NCBI GenBank assembly: GCA_021844355.1
Contig: JAKBTP010000101.1
Location: 1 to 34,483 of the forward strand
Source: a bacterium
GTDB taxonomy: Bacteria; Chloroflexota; Dormibacteria; Aeolococcales; Bog-877
Length of the DNA: 34,483 bases
Direction of reading: 5' to 3'
Below, piece by piece: positions 16,073-26,606 of this stretch (positions are counted from its first letter, which is position 1; the number at the start of each line of letters is the position of its first letter). A model generated the notes under the pieces. That model had not been told where the DNA came from. It made no database searches and saw nothing but the letters and a program-made list of their open reading frames with translations. The position numbers and the translations under genes are program-made.

Positions 16073-17074
16073 GTGAAGAAGCTGATCAACCGACCTGAGG
16101 ACGTGGTCCGGGAGGAGCTGGAGGGGATCGCCGCCGCCCACTCCGACCGGGTCAGGGTCTCCCTCGACCCCTACTACGTGATGAGGGCGGACGCCCCCGT
16201 CCAGGGCAAGGTGGCGGTGGTCTCCGGCGGGGGCTCGGGCCACGAGCCGATGCACGGAGGCTTCGTGGGCATGGGCATGCTGGACGCGGCCTGCCCCGGG
16301 GAGGTCTTCACCTCCCCGACCCCGGACCAGATACTGGCCGCCACCAAGGCGGTCAGCGGGGGGGCCGGGGTGCTCCACATCGTCAAGAACTACACCGGGG
16401 ACATCCTCAACTTCGAGATGGCCGCCGACCTGGCCAAGGAGGACGGGATCCTGGTGGAGGCGGTGGTGACCAACGACGACGTCGCCGTCCAGGACAGCCT
16501 CTACACCGCGGGCCGCCGCGGGGTCGGGGTCACCGTCCTGGCCGAGAAGATCTGCGGTGCGGCTGCCGAGGGCGGCCGGTCCCTCAGCGAGGTGGCCGAG
16601 CTCTGCCGCAAGGTCAACGCCAACGGCCGCACCATGGGCATGGCCCTCACCTCCTGCACGGTGCCGGCGGCGGGCAAGCCCACCTTCGAGCTGGGCGAGG
16701 ACGAGATGGAGCTCGGGATCGGGATCCACGGGGAGCCCGGCCGGGAGCGGCGCCAGCTGGCGACGGCCGACGAGATCGTGGAGGTGCTGGCCACCACCGT
16801 CGTGGATGACCTGCCCTTCAAGTCGGGCGACAGGGTCCTGGCCTTCGTGAACGGCATGGGCGGGACCCCGCTGATCGAACTCTACGTGGTCTACCGCGCG
16901 CTGGACCGCTTCCTCAAGGGGCGGGGGATCGCCATCGAGCGGAACCTGGTGGGACCCTACATAACGTCGTTGGAGATGGCCGGCACCTCGATCACCCTGC
17001 TCCGGCTCGACGACGAGCTGGTGCGGCTCTGGGACGCGCCGGTCAACACCCCCGGCCTGCGCTGGGGGGCCTGA
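16073..17074 (+). CDS. dhaK: Dihydroxyacetone kinase, Dha-binding subunit
   Basis: [42 protein letters not shown]. Confidence 0.96.
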   Translation: MKKLINRPEDVVREELEGIAAAHSDRVRVSLDPYYVMRADAPVQGKVAVVSGGGSGHEPMHGGFVGMGMLDAACPGEVFTSPTPDQILAATKAVSGGAGVLHIVKNYTGDILNFEMAADLAKEDGILVEAVVTNDDVAVQDSLYTAGRRGVGVTVLAEKICGAAAEGGRSLSEVAELCRKVNANGRTMGMALTSCTVPAAGKPTFELGEDEMELGIGIHGEPGRERRQLATADEIVEVLATTVVDDLPFKSGDRVLAFVNGMGGTPLIELYVVYRALDRFLKGRGIAIERNLVGPYITSLEMAGTSITLLRLDDELVRLWDAPVNTPGLRWGA

Positions 17075-17126
17075 GCGATGGGGGCGGCGGCGGCACGAGC
17101 GGGCGGCCCCGGGGAGGGGTTCTGAG

Positions 17127-17765
17127 ATGGGGGCGGGATACCCCGAGAGCCTCTCTATGGTGCGCGGCTTCGCCCAGGCTGTCGCCGCCAATCGCGAGTA
17201 CCTGACTCAGCTGGACGCCGAGATCGGGGACGCCGATCACGGGATCAACATGGACCGGGGGATGAGCGCCGTCGTTCCCAAGGTGGAGGCCCTGACCGAC
17301 CACGACATCTCCGGCCTCTTCCGGACCGTGGCCATGACCCTCATCTCCACGGTGGGCGGGGCCAGCGGCCCCCTGTACGGCACCGTCTTCCTCCAGCTCG
17401 CCTCCAGCCTCAAGGGAAGGTCGGAGGTCGGGCTGGGGGAGTGGGCGGAGGCGGTCTCGGCCGCGGTGGCCGCGGTCCAGTCACGGGGGAAGGCGCAGCC
17501 CGGGGACAAGACCATGGTGGACGCCCTGCTGCCGGCCGCGGAGGCGCTCCAGGCGGCGCAGGCGGAGGGGGTGCCCTTCTCCGAGGGGCTCGCCCGAGCC
17601 ACCAAGGCGGCCCACGGGGGCATGGAGGCCACCATCCCGCTGGTGGCCCGCCGGGGACGGGCCAGTTACCTCGGAGAGCGGAGTGCGGGGCATCAGGATC
17701 CGGGGGCGACATCCTCCTGGCTCCTGATGGAGGCGGCGGAGGCCGCGTTCGCGAAGGGGAAGTAG
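17127..17765 (+). CDS. dhaL: Dihydroxyacetone kinase, ADP-binding subunit
   Basis: LDAEIGDADHG, GGASGPLYG, GDKTMVD, GRASYLGERSAGHQDPGA. Confidence 0.95.
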   Translation: MGAGYPESLSMVRGFAQAVAANREYLTQLDAEIGDADHGINMDRGMSAVVPKVEALTDHDISGLFRTVAMTLISTVGGASGPLYGTVFLQLASSLKGRSEVGLGEWAEAVSAAVAAVQSRGKAQPGDKTMVDALLPAAEALQAAQAEGVPFSEGLARATKAAHGGMEATIPLVARRGRASYLGERSAGHQDPGATSSWLLMEAAEAAFAKGK

Positions 17766-17819
17766 GCGGGCGGAGCGCCGCGGGGGGCGCGGCGGAGGAA
17801 AGCTAGCGGAGGTGGCGTG

Positions 17820-19316
17820 ATGGCCAAGTACGTGGGTGCCCTGGACCAGGGCACCACCAGCACCCGGTTCATGATCTTCGATCATTCCGGGAACGTGATC
17901 GCGGTGGACCAGAAGGAGCACGAGCAGATCTACCCCAAGCCGGGGTGGGTCGAGCACGACGCCATGGAGATCTGGACCCGCAGCAAGGAGGTGATATCGG
18001 GGGCGCTGGCCAAGGCCGGCATCCAGCCCTCCGACCTGGCCGCCGTCGGGGTGACCAACCAGCGTGAGACCACGGTGATCTGGGACAGGACCACCGGTCG
18101 GCCGGTGCACAACGCCATCGTCTGGCAGGACACCAGGACCGACACCATCTGCAACGACCTGGCCAAGGACGGGGGCCAGGACCGCTTTCGGGAGAAGGTG
18201 GGCCTGCCGCTGGCCACCTACTTCTCCGGCCCCAAGATCCGCTGGGTCTTGGACAACGTCCCCGGGGTGCGGGAGCGGGCCGAGAGGGGCGAGGTGGTCT
18301 TCGGCAACATCGACAGCTGGTGCATCTGGAACCTCACCGGCGGGGTGAACGGTGGACTGCACCTCACCGACGTCACCAACGCCAGCCGCACCATGCTGAT
18401 GAACCTCAAGACCCTGGACTGGGACCCCGAGATCCTCGCGATCATGGGGGTGCCGCGGGCGATGCTGCCCGAGATCCGGCCGTCCAGCCAGATGTACGGG
18501 GAGTGCAAGGAGGGGGTGCCCGGGGTTCCGGTGGCCGGTGACCTGGGCGACCAGCAGGCGGCCATCTTCGGGCAGACCTGCTACTCGGTGGGGGAGGCCA
18601 AGAACACCTACGGGACCGGGAACTTCCTTCTGCTCAACACCGGCACCAGCCCGATCCAGTCCAAGAACGGTCTTCTGACCACCCTCGGCTACAAGATCGG
18701 CGACCAGCCGGCGGTCTACTGCCTCGAGGGCTCGATCGCGATCACCGGTGCCCTGGTGCAGTGGCTGAGGGACAACCTGGGGATGATCAGCCAGTCCTCG
18801 GACATTGAGAAGCTGGCGGCCACGGTGGAGGACAACGGCGGGGTCTACTTCGTGCCCGCCTTCTCCGGCCTCTTCGCCCCCTACTGGCGCAGCGACGCCC
18901 GGGGCGTGATCGCCGGCCTCACCCGCTACGTCAACAAGGGGCACATCGCCAGAGCCGTCCTGGAGGCGACCGCCTGGCAGACCCGCGAGGTGGTGGACGC
19001 CATGAACCAGGACTCGGGCGTCGCCCTGACCTCCCTCCGGGTGGACGGGGGCATGGTCCACGACGAGCTCCTCATGCAGTTCCAGGCGGATGTCCTCGGA
19101 GTTCCGGTGATCCGGCCCAAGGTGGCCGAGACCACCTCGCTGGGCGCCGCCTACGCCGCCGGGCTGGCGGTGGGCTTCTGGACCCAGCTGGACGAGCTCC
19201 GGGCCAACTGGGGGGTGGACCGGACCTGGGAGCCCCGGATGGACTCCGAGCTCCGGGAGAAGGAGTACAAGCTCTGGAAGAAGGCCGTCACCCGCACCTT
19301 CGACTGGGTGGAGTGA
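17820..19316 (+). CDS. glpK: Glycerol kinase
   Basis: [65 protein letters not shown]. Confidence 0.97.
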   Translation: MAKYVGALDQGTTSTRFMIFDHSGNVIAVDQKEHEQIYPKPGWVEHDAMEIWTRSKEVISGALAKAGIQPSDLAAVGVTNQRETTVIWDRTTGRPVHNAIVWQDTRTDTICNDLAKDGGQDRFREKVGLPLATYFSGPKIRWVLDNVPGVRERAERGEVVFGNIDSWCIWNLTGGVNGGLHLTDVTNASRTMLMNLKTLDWDPEILAIMGVPRAMLPEIRPSSQMYGECKEGVPGVPVAGDLGDQQAAIFGQTCYSVGEAKNTYGTGNFLLLNTGTSPIQSKNGLLTTLGYKIGDQPAVYCLEGSIAITGALVQWLRDNLGMISQSSDIEKLAATVEDNGGVYFVPAFSGLFAPYWRSDARGVIAGLTRYVNKGHIARAVLEATAWQTREVVDAMNQDSGVALTSLRVDGGMVHDELLMQFQADVLGVPVIRPKVAETTSLGAAYAAGLAVGFWTQLDELRANWGVDRTWEPRMDSELREKEYKLWKKAVTRTFDWVE

Positions 19317-19338
19317 GGTCCCCCACCGGGCCCTAGAG

Positions 19339-20895
19339 GTGAACACGCTGGACACCGACGTCCTGGTGATCGGGGGAGGCTCCACCGGGGCGGGGGTGGC
19401 GTGGGACTCCGCGCTGCGGGGTCTCCACGTCACCCTGGTGGACCGGCAGGACTTCGCCACCGGGACCAGCGGCCGCTTCCACGGCCTGCTGCACTCCGGG
19501 GGGCGGTACGCGGTCAAGGACCCGGGCTCGGCCCGCGAGTGCGCGGCCGAGAACCGGATCCTCCGCCAGGTAGCCGCCGACTGCATCGAGGACACCGGGG
19601 GGCTGTTCGTCAGCACCCCCGAGGATGATCTGGAGTACGCCGACCGTTTCCTCGCCGCGGCCAGGGCTGCGGGGATGGAGGTCGAGGAGGTCCCGGTGGG
19701 CACCGCGCTACGGGACGAGCCCCGCCTCAACCCCAAGATCCGGCGGGCCTTCCGGGTCCAGGACGGCTCGATCGACTCCTGGAAGATGGTCTCTGCCCTT
19801 CTCCGGGGGGCCGAGGCCCACGCGGCCACCGTCCTCCCGTATCACAAGGTCGTCGAGGTGCTGCGCCACGGCGACCGCGTCGAGGGGGCGGTGATGGAGG
19901 ACCAGCGCACCGGGCAGGAGGTGCGGGTCCACGCCGGGTGCGTCGTCAACGCCGCCGGCGCCTGGAGCGGACAGGTGGCCCGCCTGGCCGGCTGCGAGGT
20001 CGGGGTGCGTCCGGGCAAGGGGGTGATGGTGGCGATCAACCACCGGCTGGCGCGGGCGGTCCTCAACCGCTGCCACCTGCCCTCGGACGGCGACATCATC
20101 GTCCCCGTCCGCACCGTCAGCGTGATCGGGACCACCGACCACCCGGTGGCCGACCCGGACGACACGGAGTGCAGCCCGGAGGAGGTGCACCAGATGATCG
20201 AGGCGGGCGAGCTTCTGGTGCCAGGGTTCAGGGAAGCCCGGGCGCTGAGGGTCTGGGCCGGCTCCCGGCCACTCCTCCCCAAGACCGGGGGCTCCGCGGG
20301 GGCGGGCGACCGAGAGGTGAGCCGCTCCCACACCGTGCTGGACCATGGGGCCCGGGACGGGCTGGAGGGGCTGGTGACCATCGCCGGGGGGAAGTTCACC
20401 ACCCTGCGCCTCATGGCCGAGGACACCGTGGATGTGGTGGTGCGCAAGCTCGGGCGAGGGTCGGAGTGCCGCACCCGCACCGAGGTTCTCCCCGGGAGCG
20501 AGTCCCGTCACTTCTACTGGATCGGGAACCGCCAGCAGGAGGCGGAGACCGATCCGCCCGATGACCCTCTCATCTGCGAGTGTGAACTCGTGTCCCAGCA
20601 TGACCTGGACACCGTCGTGGCCCGGCGCCCCACCTGGCGGCTGGATGACATCCGCCGAGCCCTGCGGGTGGGGATGGGCCCCTGCCAGGGCGGCTTCTGC
20701 GCCTTCCGGGTGGCCGGCATGCTGCATCAGGAGGGCAGGTACGGCCGGGCCGAGGCGAACTCGGCGCTCCGGGAGTTCGTCCAGGAGCGCTGGAAGGGGG
20801 TCAAGGTGATCTCCTGGGGCGCCCAGGCGCGGCAGACCCGGCTGGACCGTTGGATCTTCGAGGGGCTGTACGACCTGGAGCATCTTCCCGAGTGA
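19339..20895 (+). CDS. glpA: Anaerobic-type glycerol-3-phosphate dehydrogenase subunit A
   Basis: GGGSTG FAD motif, GTSGRFHGLLHSGGRYAVKD, GGKFTT, C-terminal CECE...GPCQGGFC BFD-like Fe-S domain. Confidence 0.93.
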   Translation: MNTLDTDVLVIGGGSTGAGVAWDSALRGLHVTLVDRQDFATGTSGRFHGLLHSGGRYAVKDPGSARECAAENRILRQVAADCIEDTGGLFVSTPEDDLEYADRFLAAARAAGMEVEEVPVGTALRDEPRLNPKIRRAFRVQDGSIDSWKMVSALLRGAEAHAATVLPYHKVVEVLRHGDRVEGAVMEDQRTGQEVRVHAGCVVNAAGAWSGQVARLAGCEVGVRPGKGVMVAINHRLARAVLNRCHLPSDGDIIVPVRTVSVIGTTDHPVADPDDTECSPEEVHQMIEAGELLVPGFREARALRVWAGSRPLLPKTGGSAGAGDREVSRSHTVLDHGARDGLEGLVTIAGGKFTTLRLMAEDTVDVVVRKLGRGSECRTRTEVLPGSESRHFYWIGNRQQEAETDPPDDPLICECELVSQHDLDTVVARRPTWRLDDIRRALRVGMGPCQGGFCAFRVAGMLHQEGRYGRAEANSALREFVQERWKGVKVISWGAQARQTRLDRWIFEGLYDLEHLPE

Positions 20896-20926
20896 CGGCA
20901 GGGCGGCGCGGTCCCTGGAGGAGAAG

Positions 20927-22183
20927 GTGATGGGGACGGACGCGGTGGTGCTCGGCGCCGGGACGGCGGGGATGGTGGCGGCGCTGCGGCTGGCGGCCGC
21001 TGGGGCGTCGGTCCTGGTCCTGGCCGAGGGCGAGGGCGGGCTGCCGCTGGCGCCGGCGCAGATCGATGTGCTCGGCTACCGGCCACAGCTGGTCCTGGAT
21101 CCCCTGGGCGAGCTGGCGGGCTTCCTGGAGTCCCGGCCCGACCATCCCTACCAGCTGGTCGAGGCGGGCGAGGTTGGGGCCAGCCTGGACTGGTTCCTGG
21201 AGCTGTCGGCGCCCCTGGGGTACACGGGAAGCCCCCGCCTCAACCGGCTGCAGCCCACCGGCCTGGGGGCGCTTCGCCCCACCTGCCTGGTGCCCGAGAC
21301 CATGGCGGCCGGGGACCTCAGCGACGGCGGGTCGGTGCTGGTGGTGGGGCTCAGAGGATTCCGCGACTTCCACGCTCCGCTGCTGGCCGAGAACCTGGCC
21401 CTCGCGCACCCGCCCTCGGGGGCAGAGGTCCGCGCCCGGGCGGTGGAGGTGAGCCTACCTGGGGATCCCCGGGACCTCAGGCCCCAGCTGCTGGTGCGGC
21501 GCCTAGAGGAGCGGGGGGTGCTGGCGGAACTGGGGCGGGAGATCCGCTCCCGCCTGGAGCAGGAGGACCTGGTGGGTGTGCCCGCGGTCCTGGGGCTGGA
21601 GAGCTCCCACGAGGTCTGGCAGGGGCTCCAGGAGCTGGTCGGCAGGCCGGTCTTCGAGATCCCCACCCCGCCACCCTCCCAGCCCGGTCAGCGGCTGCAG
21701 CAGCACCTCTTCCGCGCGCTGCGCCGGCTCGGCGGCGAGGTGCGGCTGGGGGCCCGGGCCGCCGGGTATCGGGCCCGTGGCGATCGGTTGGTGGCGGTCA
21801 AGGTGGTGACGGCGGCGCGGGAGGTGGAGATACCGGCCGACCACTTCGTCCTGGCCACGGGGGGCATCGGCACCGGGGGAATCACCGCCGGCCCCGACGG
21901 GGAGCTGCGTGAGGAGGTGTTCGGCGCCCGGGTCTCCCGGGGAGGGGCGCCGGAGCAGCCGCTGGTCGAGTACATGGCGACCCAGCCGCTGGACCGGGTC
22001 GGGGTGGAGGTCGACGAAGAGCAGAGGCCCCTGGGAGGGGGCGGCGGGGCGCTCTTCGAGAACCTCTGGGCGGCGGGGGCGGCGCTGGCGGGCGCGGAGC
22101 CCTGGCGCGAGAAGTCCGGGGAGGGGATCAGCCTGGCGACCGGATTCCGGGCCGCTCGACTGGCCGGGGGGGCGCGGGCATGA
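20927..22183 (+). CDS. glpB: Glycerol-3-phosphate dehydrogenase subunit B
   Basis: GAGTAG, PTGLGALRPT, EIPTPPPSQPG.RL, VLATGG, NLWAAGA; lies between glpA and glpC. Confidence 0.92.
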   Translation: MMGTDAVVLGAGTAGMVAALRLAAAGASVLVLAEGEGGLPLAPAQIDVLGYRPQLVLDPLGELAGFLESRPDHPYQLVEAGEVGASLDWFLELSAPLGYTGSPRLNRLQPTGLGALRPTCLVPETMAAGDLSDGGSVLVVGLRGFRDFHAPLLAENLALAHPPSGAEVRARAVEVSLPGDPRDLRPQLLVRRLEERGVLAELGREIRSRLEQEDLVGVPAVLGLESSHEVWQGLQELVGRPVFEIPTPPPSQPGQRLQQHLFRALRRLGGEVRLGARAAGYRARGDRLVAVKVVTAAREVEIPADHFVLATGGIGTGGITAGPDGELREEVFGARVSRGGAPEQPLVEYMATQPLDRVGVEVDEEQRPLGGGGGALFENLWAAGAALAGAEPWREKSGEGISLATGFRAARLAGGARA

Positions 22184-23412
22184 CCGAGCTGGCCTGGGGG
22201 GCGGAGGCGTGGTCCGAGGTCCGGGCCTCGCTGGACCGCTGCATCAAGTGCACCGTGTGCGAGACCGCCTGTCCGGTGGCCGCGGTCACCGAACTCTTCC
22301 CCGGCCCCAAGACCGTCGGCCCCCAGGCCGAGCGCTTCCGCACCGGTGGCCACTCGCCGGACCTCTCGGTGGACTACTGCTCCGGCTGCGGTATATGCAG
22401 CCGGGTGTGCCCCCAGGGGGTCCGGATCGCCGAGCTCAACTCAAGGGCCCGCTCCGAGCTCAAGCGGGAGCGGGGGGTGCCCCTTCGTGACCAGCTGGTG
22501 GCGCGCCCAGGGCTGCTGGGGCGGTTCGGGCGTCCTGTCGCCCCGCTCTTCAACCGGGCCATGGCCAACTCCCTGGTCCGCTGGGCGGGCGAGCGCACCA
22601 TCGGCATTCACCGCAGGGCGCCCGTGCCCCGCTCCACCACCCGCACCTTCTCCCACTGGGTAGGGCACCACGCGGGCACCAAGTCGGCTCGCCGGGTGGT
22701 CTACTTCCATGGCTGCAGCACCCAGTGGTACGAGCCCCACGTCGGCCAGAAGGTCACGGCCATCCTGGAGCACAACGGCTACCAGGTGATCATCCCCAAG
22801 CAGGACTGCTGCGGGCTGCCGTTGCAGTCCAATGGGCTCTTCCCCGCCGCCCGCAAGGCGGTGACCAGGCTGGCGCGGCAGCTGGTCCCGGACGCCACCG
22901 GCGACCTTCCGGTGATCTCCTCCTCCACCAGCTGTGGCCTGATGCTCAAGCGGGAAGCCCGCGAGATCCTGGGTGCGGACTCCCCCGAGCTGCGCTCGGT
23001 GAGCGCGCGCACCTATGACATCTTCGAGTTCCTGCGGGAACTCCACCAGCGGGGCGAACTCCGAACCGACTTCAAGCCGGTGCCGCTCACCGTGGCGTAC
23101 CACGCTCCCTGCCAGCAGCAGAACCAGTTGATCGGTAAGCCGGCGCTGGAGATCCTCCGGCTCATACCGGGGCTGAGGCTGGTCGAGCTCGATCGCTCCT
23201 GCTGCGGCATCGCCGGGACCTACGGGGTCAAGAGGGAGAAGTACGAGATCGCCATGCGGGTGGGGAAGCCGCTCTTCACCGACATCCAGGCCGAGGGGCC
23301 GGACCTCGTGGCCTGTGACAGCGAGACCTGCCGCTGGCAGATCTCGGCGGCCACCGGAGCCACCTCGGTCCATCCGCTCGAGATCCTCCACCGGGCCTAT
23401 GGCGGCAGCTGA
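22180..23412 (+). CDS. glpC: Glycerol-3-phosphate dehydrogenase subunit C (Fe-S, CCG domains)
   Basis: CIKCTVCETACP and CSGCGICSRVCP [4Fe-4S] motifs; YFHGC, CCG, YHAPC, CCGIAGTYG; ATGA overlap with glpB. Confidence 0.94.
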   Translation: MTELAWGAEAWSEVRASLDRCIKCTVCETACPVAAVTELFPGPKTVGPQAERFRTGGHSPDLSVDYCSGCGICSRVCPQGVRIAELNSRARSELKRERGVPLRDQLVARPGLLGRFGRPVAPLFNRAMANSLVRWAGERTIGIHRRAPVPRSTTRTFSHWVGHHAGTKSARRVVYFHGCSTQWYEPHVGQKVTAILEHNGYQVIIPKQDCCGLPLQSNGLFPAARKAVTRLARQLVPDATGDLPVISSSTSCGLMLKREAREILGADSPELRSVSARTYDIFEFLRELHQRGELRTDFKPVPLTVAYHAPCQQQNQLIGKPALEILRLIPGLRLVELDRSCCGIAGTYGVKREKYEIAMRVGKPLFTDIQAEGPDLVACDSETCRWQISAATGATSVHPLEILHRAYGGS

Positions 23413-25894
23413 GTCGCCCCCGGACCACGTCCGCCTGGTCCTGGTCTCCCACAGCTCCCAGCTGGCGGCCAGCGCTGCCGCTCTGGCCGCGGCCATGGCA
23501 CCGGAGGTGCTGGTGCTGCCGGCCGGCGGGGTGGGGGAGGACCCGGCCGTGCTGGGGACGGACGCCAAGCGGGTGGCGGAGTCCATCCAACGCGCCTGGT
23601 CCCCTGCCGGAGTGGTCGTCCTCATGGACCTGGGCAGTGCCGTCCTCTCGGCCGAGCTGGCGCTGGAGCTGCTCCCCGAGGGGCGGCGCCAGGGGGTCCG
23701 CCTCAGCTCCGCCCCGCTGGTCGAAGGGGCGGTGGCTGCGGCGGTGGCCGCCCAGGGGGGAGCGGACGTCGCCCAGGTGGTCCGGGAGGCGGAGGCGGGG
23801 CTCGCCGGGAAGCGTTCCCAGCTGGGCGACGCCCCCACCACTCCCCAGACCGGACCCCGCGGCGAGGAGAACGCCGGGTGGAGGGGGCTGACGGTGCGGG
23901 TGGACCTTCCCATGGGGCTCCACGCCCGGCCGGCGGCCCGGGTGGTCCAGCAGCTGGCGGGGCTGGACGCGGAGGTCCGGGCCACCAACGTCACCACCGG
24001 TGAGGGACCGGTCAGCGCCCGCAGCCTCAACGCCCTCGCCACCCTGCAGGTGGCGCCATCCCAGCTCCTCCTGTTCGAGGCCCGAGGGGCGGACGCGGAG
24101 CAGGTGCTCGGCCGGCTCGGCGAGCTGGCCGGCCGAGCCTTCGACGACCTGGAGGAGGCCGCCCCGGCGGCCCCAACGGAGGTCGCCGGGACGCCTCTCG
24201 CCCCCGGGGTCCTCGTGGGTCTGCCGGCTTCCCCCGGCGCCGCGGTGGGTGAGGTGGTCCACCTGGTACAGGCTGAGCTGGTGGTCCACGACCGGTTGCC
24301 CGGGCCTCCGCAGCGGGAGCTGGGCTCCCTGGAGGGCGCCCTGGGGGCCGTCCGGGAGGAGCTGAGGGAGCTGCGCGAGCGGACGGCCGGGCGATCGGGC
24401 AACTATGCCGCCGCCATCCTGGACGCCGACCTCCTCTTCCTGGACGACCCGGAGCTCTCCGGGCGGGCGCGGGAGGCGATCTCCGCCGGAGGAGTGACCG
24501 CGGAGGCCGCCTGGCAGGCTGCCGCGGAGGCCGCCCGCGCCAGCTGGGAGAGGGTCGCCGACGCCCGGCTGCGTCTCCGGGCCGCCGACCTGGACGGGGT
24601 GGCCCGGAGGGTGCTGGCCCACCTGCTGGGGTCACCTGAGGTGGTGCCGACCGGGACAGGCGTGCTGGTCGCCGAGGATCTGACCCCCGCGGACACCGCC
24701 CAGCTCGACCCGGCGTCTGTCCTCGGGATCGCCACCGCGGCCGGGGGCCCGACCTCGCACAGTGCCATCCTGGCGCGGACCCTGGGCATCCCGGCGGTGG
24801 TAGGGGTGGGGAAGGGGCTGCTCGAGCTTCCCGCCGGCCGGACGGTGCTCCTGGACGGTGACCGGGGAGTGGTCCGGCTCGACCCGACGGAGGAGGAGAG
24901 GGAGGCCGTGGGGAAGGAGGCGGCCCGGCGGGCCGAGGCCAGCCGCGCCGCCTCTAAGAAGGCGAGCCGCCCGGCTCGGACCCGGGACGGGACGGCGGTG
25001 GAGGTGGCGGCCAACATCGGGTCGGTGGCGGACGCCCGTGCCGCGGTCCTGGCCGGCGCCGACGGGGTGGGGCTCCTGCGGACCGAGTTCCTCTTTCAGG
25101 ACCGACCGGTCCTGCCCGACGAGGAGGCGCAGTTTCGCGAGTACAGCGAGATCGCCGTGGCCCTTCAGGGCCGGCCACTCACCATTCGCACGCTGGACGT
25201 GGGCGCGGACAAGCCCCTTGCGTCGCTGCCCCGGGACCCCGAGCCCAATCCGGCCCTCGGGGTGCGCGGCCTGCGCCTGGGCCTCGCCCGGCGAGACCTC
25301 CTTAGGACCCAGCTGGCGGCGGTGGCCCGGGTGGCGGCCGAGCACCGGGTCCGGGTCATGTTCCCCATGGTGGCCACGGTGGGCGAGGTGCGCAGCGCGC
25401 GCGAGCTCTTGGCGGCGCTCCCCGCGCCCGACCAGAGGCCAGGGGTCCCACCGCTGGAGGTGGGGATCATGGTCGAGGTTCCGGCGGCTGCGCTGGCCGC
25501 GGACCGGCTGGCCGAGCTGGTCGACTTCCTGTCGATCGGCACCAATGACCTCTCCCAGTACACCATGGCCGCCGACCGGGGAAACGGCGGGCTGCGGGGA
25601 CTGGCCGACCCCCTCCACCCGGCGGTCCTCCGCCTCATCCAGCTGACCGCGGCGGCCGCCACGGGGGCGCGCTGGGCGGGGGTCTGCGGCGAGCTGGCGG
25701 GGGACCCACTGGCCACCGAGCTGCTGATCGGGCTGGGGGTGAGGGAGCTGTCCGCCGCGCCGCGGCTGGTGCCGGGGGTCAAGGAGGCGGTTCGTGCCTG
25801 CACCCTCGCGCGGGCCCGGCGGCTGGCCGAGCGGGCACTTCAGCTGCCCGACGCCGATGCGGTTCGGGAGCTGCTCAAAGAGCCTCGCCGCTGA
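23399..25894 (+). CDS. dhaM: Multidomain PTS protein: DhaM-type EIIA + HPr + full Enzyme I
   Basis: LVSHS...DLGSA (EIIA-Man fold), GLHARPA (HPr), TSHSAILAR (EI His), GLLRTEFLF, RTLDVGADK, MVEVP, SIGTNDLSQY, GVCGE; likely ATG 23399 overlapping the glpC end. Confidence 0.92.
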   Translation: MAAAESPPDHVRLVLVSHSSQLAASAAALAAAMAPEVLVLPAGGVGEDPAVLGTDAKRVAESIQRAWSPAGVVVLMDLGSAVLSAELALELLPEGRRQGVRLSSAPLVEGAVAAAVAAQGGADVAQVVREAEAGLAGKRSQLGDAPTTPQTGPRGEENAGWRGLTVRVDLPMGLHARPAARVVQQLAGLDAEVRATNVTTGEGPVSARSLNALATLQVAPSQLLLFEARGADAEQVLGRLGELAGRAFDDLEEAAPAAPTEVAGTPLAPGVLVGLPASPGAAVGEVVHLVQAELVVHDRLPGPPQRELGSLEGALGAVREELRELRERTAGRSGNYAAAILDADLLFLDDPELSGRAREAISAGGVTAEAAWQAAAEAARASWERVADARLRLRAADLDGVARRVLAHLLGSPEVVPTGTGVLVAEDLTPADTAQLDPASVLGIATAAGGPTSHSAILARTLGIPAVVGVGKGLLELPAGRTVLLDGDRGVVRLDPTEEEREAVGKEAARRAEASRAASKKASRPARTRDGTAVEVAANIGSVADARAAVLAGADGVGLLRTEFLFQDRPVLPDEEAQFREYSEIAVALQGRPLTIRTLDVGADKPLASLPRDPEPNPALGVRGLRLGLARRDLLRTQLAAVARVAAEHRVRVMFPMVATVGEVRSARELLAALPAPDQRPGVPPLEVGIMVEVPAAALAADRLAELVDFLSIGTNDLSQYTMAADRGNGGLRGLADPLHPAVLRLIQLTAAAATGARWAGVCGELAGDPLATELLIGLGVRELSAAPRLVPGVKEAVRACTLARARRLAERALQLPDADAVRELLKEPRR

Positions 25895-25979
25895 CCGTCG
25901 CGCATCTCCCTGCTACGATCTGCGGCGAGGTGGAGCCGCAAGCGAGAGCCACGCGGCGCCGCATGCGCTCGGGTCGCTG

Positions 25980-26606
25980 ATGGGAGCTCGCGGGACCGCA
26001 CCCAGCCCCTCCGGAGCCGGGGCAGCGGCGCCGGCCGCGCCGGCCCGGGGCGGCCCCTGGCAGACCGGGGCGGTGGCCGGGGCCACCGGACTGCGCCTCG
26101 CGGCCGCCCCTGCCGTCATGGCGCTCTGCCTGGCCGCCGACTACCTGGCGGCACTGCTGGTCTTCGCGCTCGCCGCCGCGACCGACTACCTGGACGGGTA
26201 CCTGGCCCGTCGCTGGCGGGTGACCACCGCCACGGGCAGCTTCCTCGACACCACCGCCGACAAGCTGCTGGTGACCGCCGCCCTGGTGGCGCTGGTCGCG
26301 GTGGACCGCGCCTCCCCCTGGGCGGCCGCCGCCATCGTGGGTCGGGAGGTGATGATCCTCGGCCTGAGAGCGGCCGCGGCCTCCCACGGGGTGGTGGTGG
26401 TCGCCTCGCAGCTGGGGCGGGTCAAGGCCACCGTGCAGTTCGTGGCGGTGGCCGCGTCCCTGTACGCCGTGGGCCCCGCCCTCGGCCCCCTGCCCCTCTA
26501 CCAGTGGCTGATGTGGCTGGCGGTGGCGCTCACCCTCCTCTCCGCCGCTGACTACCTCCGCCGTTTCTCCGGGGTGGCCACCGGGCGCGCCGAGGCGCCC
26601 CGATGA
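25980..26606 (+). CDS. CDP-alcohol phosphatidyltransferase (PgsA/cardiolipin-synthase-like)
   Basis: TDYLDGYLARRWRVTTATGSFLDTTADK signature, IVGRE, GRVKATVQ; start uncertain (ATG 25980); extended -10 TGcTACGAT at 25911-25919. Confidence 0.88.
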   Translation: MGARGTAPSPSGAGAAAPAAPARGGPWQTGAVAGATGLRLAAAPAVMALCLAADYLAALLVFALAAATDYLDGYLARRWRVTTATGSFLDTTADKLLVTAALVALVAVDRASPWAAAAIVGREVMILGLRAAAASHGVVVVASQLGRVKATVQFVAVAASLYAVGPALGPLPLYQWLMWLAVALTLLSAADYLRRFSGVATGRAEAPR

